NCBI GenBank assembly: GCA_028355015.1
Contig: JAOMRN010000001.1
Span: 129,229 to 193,228, forward strand
From: Methanobacteriota archaeon
Lineage (GTDB): Archaea; Thermoplasmatota; Poseidoniia; Poseidoniales; Thalassarchaeaceae
Reading direction: 5' to 3'
Length of the DNA stretch: 64,000 bases
Below the pieces are notes generated by a model. The model saw only the letters and a program-made list of their open reading frames with translations, did no database searches and was not told where the DNA came from. The position numbers and the translations under genes were made by a program. This document shows positions 20,453 to 29,691 of the stretch, piece by piece (positions within the stretch are counted from its first letter, which is position 1; each line of letters begins with the position of its first letter).

Positions 20453-21769
20453 TTAATTTTGAGCATCAGATTCAGTGAAAGAGAGTTTTCCCCCTCCCTT
20501 TCTTATCATATTCCATTGCTCGCCAACTTCTATAGCTCTATTACTTGGTTCCCAAATATCACGCTTCAGTGATTTTCTAAATGGCATGCGATGAACCAGT
20601 CTCCCATCGTCTAACTTCTTTTTCCTGAGCATGGATTTTTTTACTATAGGCCATAGTGCTTTTCTTATAATTCCAGGCTGGTATACCCACTTCATAAATT
20701 GTAAACCATCGCCTTTTCTTTTCTGATCTCTCATCCAATATTTGGCAACCATTTTAAATCCTCTATCTCCGACTCTATTCATCAGAAATCTATTTATCGC
20801 ACTAATTTTTATTAAGGGTACAAGCCTATTTTTGACTTCCTTCTCATAATCGCATTCTTCTAGGATTGATTGAGCTGCCAACACACCACTTGTGATTGCA
20901 TATCTCATTCCAAAACCCCACATAAAATCCTGTAACCCTCCTGCTTCACCAACATAAATTTTATTCTCATGAATATATTTTGTAGGCAAACTGAAGTCAC
21001 CCTTCCCTCCAACTCTTTTTATTGGCTTTCTATTCAATTCATAATGCTCATCATACCAAGCGATAGTTTCATTGAGATATCTCCCTGATTTTTTTTGTTG
21101 TCTCCAAAGACAGGTGCAAATTAGTCCAACTCCATCTATGATGATGAGGTATGAATATGCTCCGGGGGCGAGTTTATCATTTAGCTGGAATGCAACATGA
21201 TTGGGATGTTCAGTATGAAAAATCTCTCCGAAAGCAATAGCACTCGAATCCTTTGGCCCAGCTGCAATAATATCACAAGTATTCGGGTCGACTTTGGACT
21301 CATAATGTATTTCAGCACCAGCAGCAATAGCCATTCGTTTGAATCCTTGATCGATACAATGTTCATCAGTCCCTCTTTCCACAACTCTGAAAGCAGCGCC
21401 TTTTGTTTTTGGATTTGTAATTACATCATCCGGGTGTATTAAATCTATTATTTCAAAGGCATTTGATTTGAATTCGTCAGGATTTAAACCCCATTCTCTC
21501 ATCTCCTCAAAGAAATCAATATCACTGGTCCAATTTTCAATTCCTTGAAAATCTCCATCGAATCTAGCCCCGCTATCTTTACGGATTTCATGGACATGAA
21601 CTTCCTTTCCGGCTTTAGCAAGGATTGTTGCCGCTGCAAGACCAGATAGTCCTGCTCCAAGGATGTCAATCTTCCCGCCCATGCATTTCCGTATGAGGTC
21701 TAATGTTTGAAACGTTTGGTTATTCGCAATCAAAGAGTTCATTCGAGAATTTACTTTCGAGCATATCAA
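20453..21769 (-). CDS. FAD-dependent oxidoreductase (geranylgeranyl-reductase-like fold)
   Basis: 438 aa with dinucleotide-binding 'IDILGAGLSGLAAATILAKAGKEVHVHE'. The true start is probably internal. Confidence 0.6.
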   Translation of the reverse strand: MICSKVNSRMNSLIANNQTFQTLDLIRKCMGGKIDILGAGLSGLAAATILAKAGKEVHVHEIRKDSGARFDGDFQGIENWTSDIDFFEEMREWGLNPDEFKSNAFEIIDLIHPDDVITNPKTKGAAFRVVERGTDEHCIDQGFKRMAIAAGAEIHYESKVDPNTCDIIAAGPKDSSAIAFGEIFHTEHPNHVAFQLNDKLAPGAYSYLIIIDGVGLICTCLWRQQKKSGRYLNETIAWYDEHYELNRKPIKRVGGKGDFSLPTKYIHENKIYVGEAGGLQDFMWGFGMRYAITSGVLAAQSILEECDYEKEVKNRLVPLIKISAINRFLMNRVGDRGFKMVAKYWMRDQKRKGDGLQFMKWVYQPGIIRKALWPIVKKSMLRKKKLDDGRLVHRMPFRKSLKRDIWEPSNRAIEVGEQWNMIRKGGGKLSFTESDAQN

Positions 21770-21786
21770 GTCGGGAGTTATGAGGC

Positions 21787-22215
21787 ATGTCTAGTGACAG
21801 AATTATTGTTCGTGTAGAGGCAGAAAAACTTGAACCAGAAACTCTACGTTCTCTACTTAATATTGATAACTGTGGAAGTGTAGTTTCTTTTGTGGGATTG
21901 ACTCGTGGTAATGATAATGACGTCACCGTAGAGAGACTTGAATTCGATTCTTGGGAAGAAAAATTATCTCCAGTTCTTCAAGAAATATCAGAGTCTTCTA
22001 TTGATAAATTTAATATTCATTCCGTTGTAATTGCTCACAGAATAGGTATAGTCAAACCCTCCGAACCAATAGTCTGTATTCATGTTGGTTCTAAACACCG
22101 AGATTCCGGATTCGAAGCTTGTTCTTGGCTAATTACCGAATTAAAATTACAGGCGCCTTTGTGGAAGAAAGAAGTTAGATCAGATGGTGAGATGTGGAAA
22201 CAAGGATTGGGTTAG
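21787..22215 (+). CDS. moaE: Molybdopterin synthase catalytic subunit
   Basis: 142 aa with 'GSVVSFVGLTRG', 'HRIGIV..SE' and 'APLWKKE'. Confidence 0.8.
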   Translation: MSSDRIIVRVEAEKLEPETLRSLLNIDNCGSVVSFVGLTRGNDNDVTVERLEFDSWEEKLSPVLQEISESSIDKFNIHSVVIAHRIGIVKPSEPIVCIHVGSKHRDSGFEACSWLITELKLQAPLWKKEVRSDGEMWKQGLG

Positions 22216-22292
22216 GATTCAAATAATAGTATTCGATTTGTATACATATTCTCCGTTTGTCTGAATAACGAGTACTTCTTCCGAGAGAATGT

Positions 22293-22763
22293 ATGAGTCA
22301 CGAGGAACTAACCAATTCATGGACAGGAATTGTAGATGTAGGTAGCAAAGAAGCAGTTTTTCGTGAGGCAGTTGCAACAGGGACTCTTCAATTATCTAAT
22401 GAAGGGATTGTTGCAGTTAGTGGTAAGTCTCCCAAAGGAGATGTCAGGGAGATATCCACAATTGCATCAATACAAGCCGTGAAAGACACGCCTAGGATGC
22501 TACCTCATTGCCATTTAATCCCCATAGAAGGTTGTTCGGTCATTTGGAATATTGAGGGGGATAAACTACGATGCACTGTTACAGTAAGGACACATTGGCG
22601 AACAGGTGTAGAGATGGAAGCGCTATGCGGAGTTAATGCGGGATTATTGTGTGCATGGGACATGCTCAAATCTATCGAAAAAGATGACAAGGGGCAATAT
22701 CCGAATTCTCGAATCGATGGTGTCCATGTAGTTAGAAAGAGCAAGGGTGACCAACATCATTGA
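22293..22763 (+). CDS. moaC: Cyclic pyranopterin monophosphate synthase
   Basis: 156 aa with 'VDVGSK', 'LPHCHLIPI' and 'TGVEMEALCGVNAGLLCAWDMLK'. Confidence 0.85.
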   Translation: MSHEELTNSWTGIVDVGSKEAVFREAVATGTLQLSNEGIVAVSGKSPKGDVREISTIASIQAVKDTPRMLPHCHLIPIEGCSVIWNIEGDKLRCTVTVRTHWRTGVEMEALCGVNAGLLCAWDMLKSIEKDDKGQYPNSRIDGVHVVRKSKGDQHH

Positions 22764-22788
22764 ATGCTGATTGACCTTCGGAGGCAAC

Positions 22789-23739
22789 ATGGCAACAGCA
22801 GATTTTGAGAAGTACTTCCTTCAAGCAACTGAATCCGCTGCGATTGCAGCCTCTAAATGGATAGGTAAAGGCGATGGTAAAGCTGCTGATGGTGCTGCTG
22901 TTGAAGCTATGAGGTCAGTTTTCGACAAAGTACCTTTCAATGGTCGTGTAGCGATAGGGGAAGGCGAGAGGGACGATGCACCTATGTTATGGATAGGTGA
23001 GCCATTGGGGTCATTACAAGGTGACCCACTTTCTCCTGCTATTGATATCGCAGTTGACCCTTTAGAGTGTACTAATCATGTTGCTTATGATATGCCTAAT
23101 GCTATGGCAGTTCTTGCTGCTGCACCCAGAGGTGCACTTTTACATGCTCCAGACTGTTACATGAATAAAATTGCAGGTTCTCCTAAATTAATGGGGGAGA
23201 TATCTTTGGATGCTTCCACTGCTTACAATATTGAAGCAACTTCTAATGCTTTAGCTAAACCAATCGACAGTCTCAATGTAGTAGTTATGGATCGTCCAAG
23301 GCACGAAATTTTAATTAAAGAATTGAGAGAGTTGTCAGTAAATGTAGTTCTAATAGGTGATGGAGATATTGCTGCAGCTCTAAATGCAGCAGATCCTAAT
23401 TCAGACATTGACTTGTTGATGGGTATTGGGGCTGCTCCAGAGGGAGTAATTACTGCCACTGCATTAAGAGGACTAGGGGCTCCATTTGAAGGGCGTTTAG
23501 TTTTCAAGAATGAAGGTCATAGAAGTAGGGCTGAAGAAATGATTGATGGTGACATAGAAAGGCTATGGAAGAGAGATGATTTATGTTCTTCTGAAGACTC
23601 ATTATTTATTGGAACAGGAGTTTGTCAAGGTCGAACTAAAGGAGTGATTCAGGATGGAAATACATATTCTGTTGAATCTGAAATAATTGATGTTGCTAAT
23701 GGGATTCATAAGTTTGTAAGTGGGACTCACTCTACTTAA
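22789..23739 (+). CDS. glpX: Fructose-1,6-bisphosphatase class II
   Basis: GlpX-like 'AAIAASKWIGKGDGKAADGAAVEAMR', 'IGEGERDDAPML' and 'AVDPLECTN'. I prefer the ATG at 22789 over the TTG at 22771. Confidence 0.85.
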   Translation: MATADFEKYFLQATESAAIAASKWIGKGDGKAADGAAVEAMRSVFDKVPFNGRVAIGEGERDDAPMLWIGEPLGSLQGDPLSPAIDIAVDPLECTNHVAYDMPNAMAVLAAAPRGALLHAPDCYMNKIAGSPKLMGEISLDASTAYNIEATSNALAKPIDSLNVVVMDRPRHEILIKELRELSVNVVLIGDGDIAAALNAADPNSDIDLLMGIGAAPEGVITATALRGLGAPFEGRLVFKNEGHRSRAEEMIDGDIERLWKRDDLCSSEDSLFIGTGVCQGRTKGVIQDGNTYSVESEIIDVANGIHKFVSGTHST

Positions 23740-23802
23740 TTACAGATTGTTAAAGCGATGCCTTCATTTTCTATAGCCTTCACGTAAGCATGAGGCTATT
23801 AT

Positions 23803-24816
23803 ATGGATACTCGACTACTTGAGAAAACAGCAAGTGATTTAGTTGCAGCAGGTAAAGGAATTCTTGCAGCGGATGAAAGTAACGGTACGATGTCTAGCCG
23901 GCTTGAAGCAGTAGGTGTATCTGCGACCTCAGAAACCAGAAGGTCATATAGGACCAATCTTTTTTCTACTAAGGGGTATGAAGATTCGATTAGCGGTGTT
24001 ATTCTTTTTGATGAAACTATTAGGCAGGAAATGGACGATGGTCGTTCGGTACCCGAGGCATTATCTGCCATAGGTGTACACCCTGGGATCAAGGTAGATA
24101 CTGGTGCTAAAGATTTGGCAAATAATAGTGGCGAAAAAATTACTGAAGGACTTGACGGTTTAAGAGATCGATGCAAAGAATATTTTTCTATGGGTGCTAG
24201 ATTTGCCAAGTGGCGAGCAGTAATAAAAATCGATGACGGTATGCCAAGTAAGGCCTGTATTTCTACAAATGCTCATGCTCTAGCAAGATATGCATCAATC
24301 TGTCAGGAGCAAGGATTAGTCCCCATTATTGAACCTGAGGTTCTGATGGCAGGTAATCACAGCGCCCAAACCTGTTATGATGTAACTGCTGAGATTCTCG
24401 ACGCTACATTTGAGGAGTGTCGTATTCAAGGAGTACATTTACCAGGTGCTTTATTGAAGCCGAATATGATTATCGCAGGTTCCTTTAACTCAAATCAGAT
24501 AACGCGTGAAGAGGTCGCTAATATGACGGTTGATTGCCTTACTAGGCACGTTCCTCACGAATTACCAGGTATTGTGTTCCTGTCAGGAGGGCAATCGGAT
24601 GAAGATGCCACTGCGCATTTGAATTTAATGAATTCAATGGATACTCTGCATCCGTGGCAATTATCTTATTCTTACGGGCGGGCTTTGCTTGCAAATGCAT
24701 TGAAGACTTGGGCCGAGGGAAATCCTGAAAAAAGTCAATCAGTGTTTTTACATCGCGCGAATATGAATAGTCTAGCTCGAACAGGAGATTGGAAAATCGA
24801 TCTAGAATCAGTTTGA
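23803..24816 (+). CDS. fba: Fructose-bisphosphate aldolase class I
   Basis: 337 aa with 'GKGILAADES.GT', 'IIEPEVL' and the Schiff-base lysine context 'ALLKPNMI'. Confidence 0.9.
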   Translation: MDTRLLEKTASDLVAAGKGILAADESNGTMSSRLEAVGVSATSETRRSYRTNLFSTKGYEDSISGVILFDETIRQEMDDGRSVPEALSAIGVHPGIKVDTGAKDLANNSGEKITEGLDGLRDRCKEYFSMGARFAKWRAVIKIDDGMPSKACISTNAHALARYASICQEQGLVPIIEPEVLMAGNHSAQTCYDVTAEILDATFEECRIQGVHLPGALLKPNMIIAGSFNSNQITREEVANMTVDCLTRHVPHELPGIVFLSGGQSDEDATAHLNLMNSMDTLHPWQLSYSYGRALLANALKTWAEGNPEKSQSVFLHRANMNSLARTGDWKIDLESV

Positions 24817-24827
24817 TTCAGGGTGAC

Positions 24828-25088
24828 TTATTGTTGATTATCTTGGGCGCCAGGTCTTAGCTGCCAAACGCATATTTCATATCTTCCGGAGAGCGCCCCG
24901 CCACGTTTTGTTGTTGCAATTTTCATAATATCTTTGTCTTTAGATAAAACATTGCCCAACTGCTGAGGAGTTGTTCCATGCCTCATGGTTGAGTTTACGT
25001 GTTCTAGAATCTCTGTAGTATTCGCTTCACCCTTAGTATCTAGGAATTTTTTAATTTTTTGTCTCAGTCTAGTTGTTCTCATATTCAC
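24828..25088 (-). CDS. Small basic protein, winged-helix-like (paralog of the next gene)
   Basis: 86 aa. 'KKFLDTKGEANTTEILEHV...' aligns by eye with 'KKYLSEKPRNTTEINELI...' of the adjacent ORF. Confidence 0.45.
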   Translation of the reverse strand: MNMRTTRLRQKIKKFLDTKGEANTTEILEHVNSTMRHGTTPQQLGNVLSKDKDIMKIATTKRGGALSGRYEICVWQLRPGAQDNQQ

Positions 25089-25378
25089 CTCTCCTTTTTT
25101 TCTGGCTGTTCTCTTTCATGATGATTCACCCACTCTTCGGTAGCCCATTCCGACAAAGGTGATTTTTTACCTACTACTCCACTTCTCCTGACTCTTCCAA
25201 TTCTTACTATGGTGGGGTCGGATTCTAGTATTGCAGCCAGATCGAATGATGGATTAATATCTGTTTGCTGTGATATCAATTCATTAATTTCGGTAGTATT
25301 CCTTGGTTTTTCAGAAAGGTACTTTTTGACTAATTTTCGAATTATATCCGTATCCATAGTCATCTTTCCTTCATTCAA
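25085..25378 (-). CDS. Small basic protein, winged-helix-like (paralog of the previous gene)
   Basis: 97 aa. It overlaps the downstream paralog by 4 nt. Confidence 0.45.
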   Translation of the reverse strand: MNEGKMTMDTDIIRKLVKKYLSEKPRNTTEINELISQQTDINPSFDLAAILESDPTIVRIGRVRRSGVVGKKSPLSEWATEEWVNHHEREQPEKKER

Positions 25379-25610
25379 TCGGACACGGCTACCTGTTCGA
25401 TATAGGTAGGGTGGCGGGGGGTGATATAATGCTTCTGCAACTTATTGTTCAATTTAGTTACATATCGTTGCACTATTAATCGACTTTCTATGTTATTTTT
25501 TGGTGTTAAAATGAAAGTGGTTATTTTTCCACTAGAAATGTGTAACTTAATGTAACTAAAATGCATAATTTAATACATAGTTCTGTAGTGGTTGATTACG
25601 GAGGGAGTCA

Positions 25611-28241
25611 TTGGTGTCAGAAGATAGTGAATTTGACACAGTTCCCGGTTTTATTTCTACACCTACTAAGATACGTAGTCGATATCGCAGGAGACTTTTG
25701 AATAGACTATCAGAAGGTGGAGAGACTGTCAGTTCTTTAGCAAGAGATATAGGGCTTCAGATCCCTCATGCTTCTGCTGAGTTAAGAAGACTCAGAAACG
25801 AAGGACTGGTCTCCAGTGACTTAACTGCTGGGAGTCGTGGTGCATATTTGCATTTGACTGATTTAGGTTGGGATAGGATCCGCTCCGATGAGAGGTCAAG
25901 AGCAATAGAGGCCCTACCTTTACCATCTGAAAATGATAAGTTTTGCATCTTAGATAAAGATGGAAAAAACATATTGATTGGATTATCTTCAATTCCAAAG
26001 TCTCCTATGTTATTAATTCCAGATAGGCCACCCCAACTTGATATTATCAATCCTGATTCCATTGGAAATGAAGGGGTAAGGTGGAATTGGGCTATTTTCA
26101 AAGAAAGGAATCCTCGATGGTTCGACTTACAATCATTGACTCCTGCTCCTCCTCCTTCTCTCTCAAATGACCCTGAAAAAATTGAAACATATTCTTCTCA
26201 AAGGTCAGTTATTGGAATAATTAGAGCTAGTTTGATAGACGAAAAAAACCCAATTGCGATGACTATAGGTACCTGGTTTGACTTACCTAAGGTCAGACAA
26301 AATCCACCATTGAATGAAAATACATTCCATCGAGGAGAATGGACATTGGGAGAATGCCATGAACTCTGCCAAGAAATAAGGCCTAAAGTACCTTTAATTG
26401 CTATTCTGCCTGATAGTCTTTCAAAAACAATGCTCCTAAGAACCGCCAGAATAAATTCTCTAATTATTGCTGATTTAGGTGGATTAAATCTTGAAAGTGA
26501 CCATTATCCTCTATCTGCTCTTGAGTTTTGGATAATGAAAGCCCATCCTAGACTTCCTAAATCTGAATTAAAGAAAAGAGTACAATCATTAAGCGATCGA
26601 ATAATGTCCACACGGAAAGTTCGAACGGATGATTCTACTTGGCGTAAGTTTAGGAGAGACTGGAGTAATACAATCTTCACAACTGATGAAGAGTCAATAA
26701 GGAAACTTGACATTAGGGGGTTGGGTAAATATGCAGTGGAATCATTAGTTAGTTGGGTTATATCCTCAGAAGAACGGCCACCATTAGTTTTAGAACTCGA
26801 TGACGATATCTCTAGTGAAATTCAGTCATCAGCAATCATACATCCAAAACTTAGGGTACTTATCAAAGATAGTATCTCTTCGTCAACAAATTCTCTGAAT
26901 CTTCTTTATCCAGACTATCTAAGGCCGTTGCCATGGTTAAGACTTCAAACATCTTCTGGAGAAATAATCCCATTAAAGTTGGTAAATGATATACCCAGTA
27001 ACCTACCAATAAATGATGACTTGATTTCTGAAGAAATTACTCCTTGGAAAATAGTCGGCCTTACTAGTTTTAGTGGATACAAGCATGATGAACTGGAGCA
27101 AGGTTATCTTTCTATGGCTCAATCTGCCATTTCCCAATTTCCCAATGGCAATGAAGAGTGGGCTAACCAAATGGAAGCACGTTATCCAATCGCCGCTTGG
27201 ATAGCATCTCCCAAGCATACTCGATGGCCTAGATGGCAACGCCTCAAAGATCGCATCTCAGTAGAATGGTTAATTCTATTCGATATAGACCATATTCCTC
27301 TCGATAAACTAGCTGAACTTGCAGATGAGGCCACCGAAGAAATACTTGATTATTTTGCAGGGGAATTAGAGAGAAAGATAAGAGAAGAACGAGAGACGAT
27401 AATTAGGACTAGACCGGCAGTAGATTCCATCGATGCCTCTAGTGGAACTGCTTGGGTTGCTGGACAATTCCTAGCAAATGCTGCTTGGATTCCCGACTAT
27501 CTACATAATGATTTAACCGAATGGTCATTACAAGCCTGGTTAGCATCTCCACCTAAAAATTCTCTCAATGCACTTAAAGGCGTTTCTTGGTTATATTCTG
27601 CGAAAAGAGGCCAAAATGATAATTTCCCTGAAGTAATAAATAGGATTTTACTCAAAGGCCAAAATTTGTCAAGTGATCACGATCTTAAGATATGGTCGAC
27701 GTTAATTAGCCACACAATTGATAATAAAGAATTGACTAATGAAGAGATCAATCTAATCATCGAGAGGTTACCTTATGATTGGTGGGCTCATTTATCCTCT
27801 GAAATATTGTTAAGGTTACTAAACAATGATTCTCTAACTGAATGGTTATTATCAAATTCTAAGCCTTGGATTGCCCTTGTGTTGAGGCCTTCTGGTGAAT
27901 TAGGTAATGCACCAGGTCTTGAAGATTTTTCACACCCTGGATTTAACCCTGAAATTTATTCGCTATTAATTCGTAAACTCAGAGGGCGTAGGGAAAGAGA
28001 AGGGCTGCCTGAATCAGCTAATTCTCTAGTAGATCTTCTGGATGCAATTGAATCATCAATTCGAAATGTCCCTCCCAATCCAGGGAAAACACATCTTCTT
28101 TCGGGTTGGCTCGCTCAACCTTTACATAAATGGCCAGATATACCTCCTGAAGTAGCATTTAGTGGTAATGCAGAGATTGGAGAAAGATTAATTTCTAAAA
28201 AGACTGGTTTCTCCGAAAATATGGCTTCAATAAATCTTTAA
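25611..28241 (+). CDS. Large protein with N-terminal ArsR-like winged-helix domain, otherwise unknown
   Basis: 876 aa. The N-terminus 'LSEGGETVSSLARDIGLQIPHASAELRRLRNEGLV' looks like an HTH. The remainder has no recognisable motif. Confidence 0.5.
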   Translation: MVSEDSEFDTVPGFISTPTKIRSRYRRRLLNRLSEGGETVSSLARDIGLQIPHASAELRRLRNEGLVSSDLTAGSRGAYLHLTDLGWDRIRSDERSRAIEALPLPSENDKFCILDKDGKNILIGLSSIPKSPMLLIPDRPPQLDIINPDSIGNEGVRWNWAIFKERNPRWFDLQSLTPAPPPSLSNDPEKIETYSSQRSVIGIIRASLIDEKNPIAMTIGTWFDLPKVRQNPPLNENTFHRGEWTLGECHELCQEIRPKVPLIAILPDSLSKTMLLRTARINSLIIADLGGLNLESDHYPLSALEFWIMKAHPRLPKSELKKRVQSLSDRIMSTRKVRTDDSTWRKFRRDWSNTIFTTDEESIRKLDIRGLGKYAVESLVSWVISSEERPPLVLELDDDISSEIQSSAIIHPKLRVLIKDSISSSTNSLNLLYPDYLRPLPWLRLQTSSGEIIPLKLVNDIPSNLPINDDLISEEITPWKIVGLTSFSGYKHDELEQGYLSMAQSAISQFPNGNEEWANQMEARYPIAAWIASPKHTRWPRWQRLKDRISVEWLILFDIDHIPLDKLAELADEATEEILDYFAGELERKIREERETIIRTRPAVDSIDASSGTAWVAGQFLANAAWIPDYLHNDLTEWSLQAWLASPPKNSLNALKGVSWLYSAKRGQNDNFPEVINRILLKGQNLSSDHDLKIWSTLISHTIDNKELTNEEINLIIERLPYDWWAHLSSEILLRLLNNDSLTEWLLSNSKPWIALVLRPSGELGNAPGLEDFSHPGFNPEIYSLLIRKLRGRREREGLPESANSLVDLLDAIESSIRNVPPNPGKTHLLSGWLAQPLHKWPDIPPEVAFSGNAEIGERLISKKTGFSENMASINL

Positions 28242-28289
28242 TTAGGTTTTAATAATATTATTTTTGATTTGTATTGAAACGATGAGTTA

Positions 28290-28640
28290 TTGAATAAGTG
28301 TTGGTTAGATTGACCTGCCCAACTGGCAACACCGAGTTGACAAAACCCCCAGCCGGAGGTAATAGGATGAAACTCGGTACCACAGATATGGGTCTCCGTC
28401 TGTCGAAGACCAGAGTGACTTATTGTGTAATAATTGAAGAGATTATTCCTTTCAGAATGACCTCTGGCGCAATACAGACGGTATGGATTGTGTAAGGTCC
28501 CCTGTTGACCGAAAGGGATGATTCTAGGGACTACCCCACAATCCAACATACGTCCTGGGGTGGGGTCAGGAGTCAGAGCATGAAAGTGCGGTGAAAGGCT
28601 CCGTTACACTCCGGGGCACACTTTACTTCCGCAGTTCTCA
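28290..28640. ncRNA. Structured non-coding RNA candidate (class unresolved)
   Basis: A locally GC-rich ~350-nt stretch with only implausible Cys/His/Trp-rich ORFs. I found several perfect helices by hand: 28332-28339/28371-28378, 28396-28403/28474-28481, 28484-28492/28537-28545 and 28583-28590/28617-28624. Two helices contain positions that are G.U on the minus strand but C.A mismatches on the plus strand, which mildly favours the minus strand. Confidence 0.4.
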
Positions 28641-28667
28641 AGTCATATGTGTATAGTTGGAAGGTCA

Positions 28668-29684
28668 ATGAAGAGCCTTGGACTTGTTGGGGGGACATTC
28701 GAATTTTTCCATATAGGTCATCAGAAATTGATTGAAACAGGTCTTTTGTTTTGTAAAAATTTAGAGATATGGGTTGTTTCAGACAATATTGCTCAGCAGA
28801 AAGATCCACGAATTCAATCTTGGCAAAAAAGATGTGATAATATTAAATCTCATCTTTCCGAAAGTGACAATTCTAGAGTTTCATTCCATGAGTTAGTTGA
28901 TGAATTTGGTGCTGCAAGTTATCATGTAGATGCTAAGGCAATTTTTTGCACAAATGAAACTATAGGGAATTGTGTAAAAATTAATAAAATTAGGGTTTTG
29001 AACAATTTAGATGAATTAGCGATTGTTGAGGTACCGCATGTTTATTCTAGAGATGGTAAAGTAATTTCTAGTACTAGGATAAGGAATGGAGTTATCGATA
29101 TATATGGTAATAACTGGTTTGATAAAATCTCCTTTGGCTCTGATATCCATATAACAAAAGAAGCAGAAACTTTGCTGAAAGAACCTTTTGGCACTCTATT
29201 CGAGGGCCCTGAATCCGATCATTCTATTGCCATTAAAAAAGCATTAGATTCAATTATAGAGAATAATTCTCCAATAATTGGAGTCGGTGACGTAACCGTA
29301 AAATCATTACAGGATATAGGCAATATTGCGAATATTGCTTTAATTGATGAAAAAACAAAGCGTATGGTGTGGGAAGGGTTTAGAGAAATAGATCAATCTC
29401 TATATGATTGTGTAATCGAATGCCAGAATCCCCCTGGCATGCTAACGAAATCATTATTCGAATCCTGTAAAATTGCTATTGATAATTGGACCATTAATCG
29501 CCTTAAGACACTGATCGTTGTTGACGGTGAAGAAGACCTGGCTCCTCTTTTATTGCATCTACTGGCTCCAATAAATGCAGCTATATTATACGGTCAACCG
29601 AATCAAGGTGTTGTGGTAAGGATTACTGGTTTGGATTCTAAATCTCGTTGTCAGAGTTTGATTAATCTTTTTGAAGAAAGATAA
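28668..29684 (+). CDS. Fusion of archaeal phosphopantetheine adenylyltransferase and DUF359-type GTP-dependent dephospho-CoA kinase
   Basis: The N-terminal nucleotidyltransferase motif is 'GGTFEFFHIGH'. The C-terminal half has 'VGDVTVKSL...ALIDEKTKR' and 'VDGEEDLAPL'. I prefer the ATG at 28668 because 28647 would run into the RNA candidate. Confidence 0.7.
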   Translation: MKSLGLVGGTFEFFHIGHQKLIETGLLFCKNLEIWVVSDNIAQQKDPRIQSWQKRCDNIKSHLSESDNSRVSFHELVDEFGAASYHVDAKAIFCTNETIGNCVKINKIRVLNNLDELAIVEVPHVYSRDGKVISSTRIRNGVIDIYGNNWFDKISFGSDIHITKEAETLLKEPFGTLFEGPESDHSIAIKKALDSIIENNSPIIGVGDVTVKSLQDIGNIANIALIDEKTKRMVWEGFREIDQSLYDCVIECQNPPGMLTKSLFESCKIAIDNWTINRLKTLIVVDGEEDLAPLLLHLLAPINAAILYGQPNQGVVVRITGLDSKSRCQSLINLFEER

Positions 29685-29691
29685 TATTACA

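Noticed and set aside
28290-28640. A specific assignment as RNase P RNA or SRP RNA.
   Set aside because: I could not place the universal CR-I (GNAANNUCNGNG) and CR-V elements, or the SRP helix-8 GNAR-loop plus AGCA symmetric loop, on either strand. The hand-found helices form a string of local hairpins without the expected closing helices. It is left unclassified.
28238-28809. Track ORFs 28238-28549(-), 28298-28495(+) and 28573-28809(-).
   Set aside because: Their compositions are rich in Cys, His, Trp and Arg and they have no motifs. They overlap a helix-dense GC-rich segment, which is better explained as RNA.
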